A DNA stretch of 64,000 nucleotides from Mobula hypostoma (Eukaryota): NCBI RefSeq assembly GCF_963921235.1, contig NC_086118.1:1116001-1180000 (forward strand). The letters run 5' to 3'. This document shows, piece by piece, positions 62,868-64,000 of the stretch. The notes below the pieces were generated by a model. It saw nothing but the letters and a program-made list of their open reading frames with translations. It did no database searches and was not told the origin of the DNA. How positions within the stretch are numbered: the first letter of the stretch is position 1; the number at the start of each line of letters is the position of its first letter. The position numbers and the translations under genes are program-made.

Positions 62868-63108
62868 AACACAAAATACTCTGCAGATGCTAGGGTCAAA
62901 GCAACACACACAACACGCTGAAGGAACTCAGCAGGTCGAGCAGCATCCGTGGAAACGAACAGTCAATGTTTCAGGCAGGAACCCTTCGTCAGGACTGTAG
63001 AGGGAAGGGGCAGGGGCCCTATTAAGAAGGTGGGGGGAGGGTGGGAAGGAGAAGGCTGGTAGGTGCCAGGTGAAAAATCTCATATACCGTCTGGGTAGTC
63101 TCCAGCCT
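62868..63108 (-). mobile_element. Penelope-derived fragment carrying the 62959-62998 hammerhead
   Basis: CTGCAGATGCT...GGAACTCAGCAGG...CAGCATC terminal pattern shared with the other copies. Confidence 0.7.
62959..62998 (-). ncRNA. Minimal hammerhead motif, related subfamily with a 6-bp stem I
   Basis: ACAGUC-CUGACGA-A-GGGU(UCCU)GCCU-GAAACAUU-GACUGU. Confidence 0.55.
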
Positions 63109-63109
63109 A

Positions 63110-64000
63110 TAAAACACTTTTATTGAGCAACTTATAGTGCGCATACGCCGGTCGTGCATGCAGCCTGTTACAGCCGTTCCGACGAGTATTCTTACTTTTT
63201 TAACGTGTGTTATTTTTTGTATTTTTTTTTCCTCGGTAACATGTTGAAGCTGCACCCTCTCTAACATGCTGGTAGAGAGGGTTTTATTTGGGTTTTTAGC
63301 ACTGGAAATAGTTACATTCTGACACGTCTCATTAGCGGGACAGAAGCATGGTCGCATTGTGTATTCCAGGGACCAGCTGATTGAGCTTATGCCGGCCGGT
63401 TTAGCGAGCAGAGCGGCAGACACCCCTGCTGAAATCCGGGGGAAAACACACAGAGGATGCAGAGGGGGATCACAAAGGCAAGGAAAGAGGACCGGGTCGA
63501 GACAACAGAGACTTATGGAGAAGAGGAGTTCGGTTAGTAATAAAATAGATGAGTTCACGGCGCTAGCCAGGCATCAGAGAACATTTTGGGAGTGCAGTAT
63601 TATGTGTTTTAATGGAATGGGGCTGCACGAGGACATACCCGATCAAATCTTTTCCATGGATGGCTTCCAGACCGTTTGGGCTGACCAGAAGTGCACTGAG
63701 AGCGGTAAGCGTAAAGGAATTGGGGGCTTACTGTTCTGGTTAACAACGGATGGTGCAATCAGAGTCATATTACGATCGAGGAACGTGTTTGTAGACCGGA
63801 TATTGAACTTTTTGCTGTTGGACCCTGGCCATATTCCACCGAGATACAACACTGGGCATCATGGGAGGTTGTTTCTGCCTGTGGCCATTGAACTTTGCAG
63901 CTCCTCCCGTGGAGGGTCAGACACCCTGAGCCAATAGGCTGGTCCTGGACTTATTTCCATCTGACATAATTTACATATTATTATTTAATTATTTATGGCT
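63110..64000 (+). mobile_element. Internally deleted Rex1/Babar-type element (5' ORF start joined to 3' end)
   Basis: YSRDQLIEL..SNKIDEF..CSIMCF..IPD, joined near 63830 to sequence matching the reverse complement of 58700-58840. Confidence 0.7.

Overview
Eukaryotic (vertebrate) genomic DNA. The repeat content suggests a cartilaginous fish (ray/shark); that assignment is inference. The window lies inside one minus-strand gene, LLGL2 (lethal giant larvae 2). I traced 16 consecutive coding exons from 62147 down to 2689, all with AG/GT boundaries and compatible phases: 2290 nt, 763 codons, no stops. The start and the C-terminal exons lie outside the window. The introns are full of retroelements: CR1, L2, Rex1/Babar, a full-length RTE with an 11-bp TSD, a Dong/R4-type fragment next to a (TAA)n array, tRNA-derived SINEs and Penelope-like elements. 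They also hold two solo LTRs with TSDs and a hAT MITE. Three things stand out. (1) A family of short Penelope-derived elements carries a minimal type I hammerhead ribozyme motif; one copy is a fold-back insertion in an ERV integrase. (2) A decayed class I/epsilon-like endogenous retrovirus has an env CX6CC motif that can be rebuilt across a CR1 insertion. (3) A near-perfect 4.04-kb tandem duplication has one breakpoint inside an LLGL2 exon; it may be a real variant or an assembly artefact. Almost all ORFs in the supplied track are exon-plus-intron read-throughs, repeat relics or N-gap artefacts. Exon numbers follow my recall of the human gene; most repeat boundaries without TSDs are approximate.
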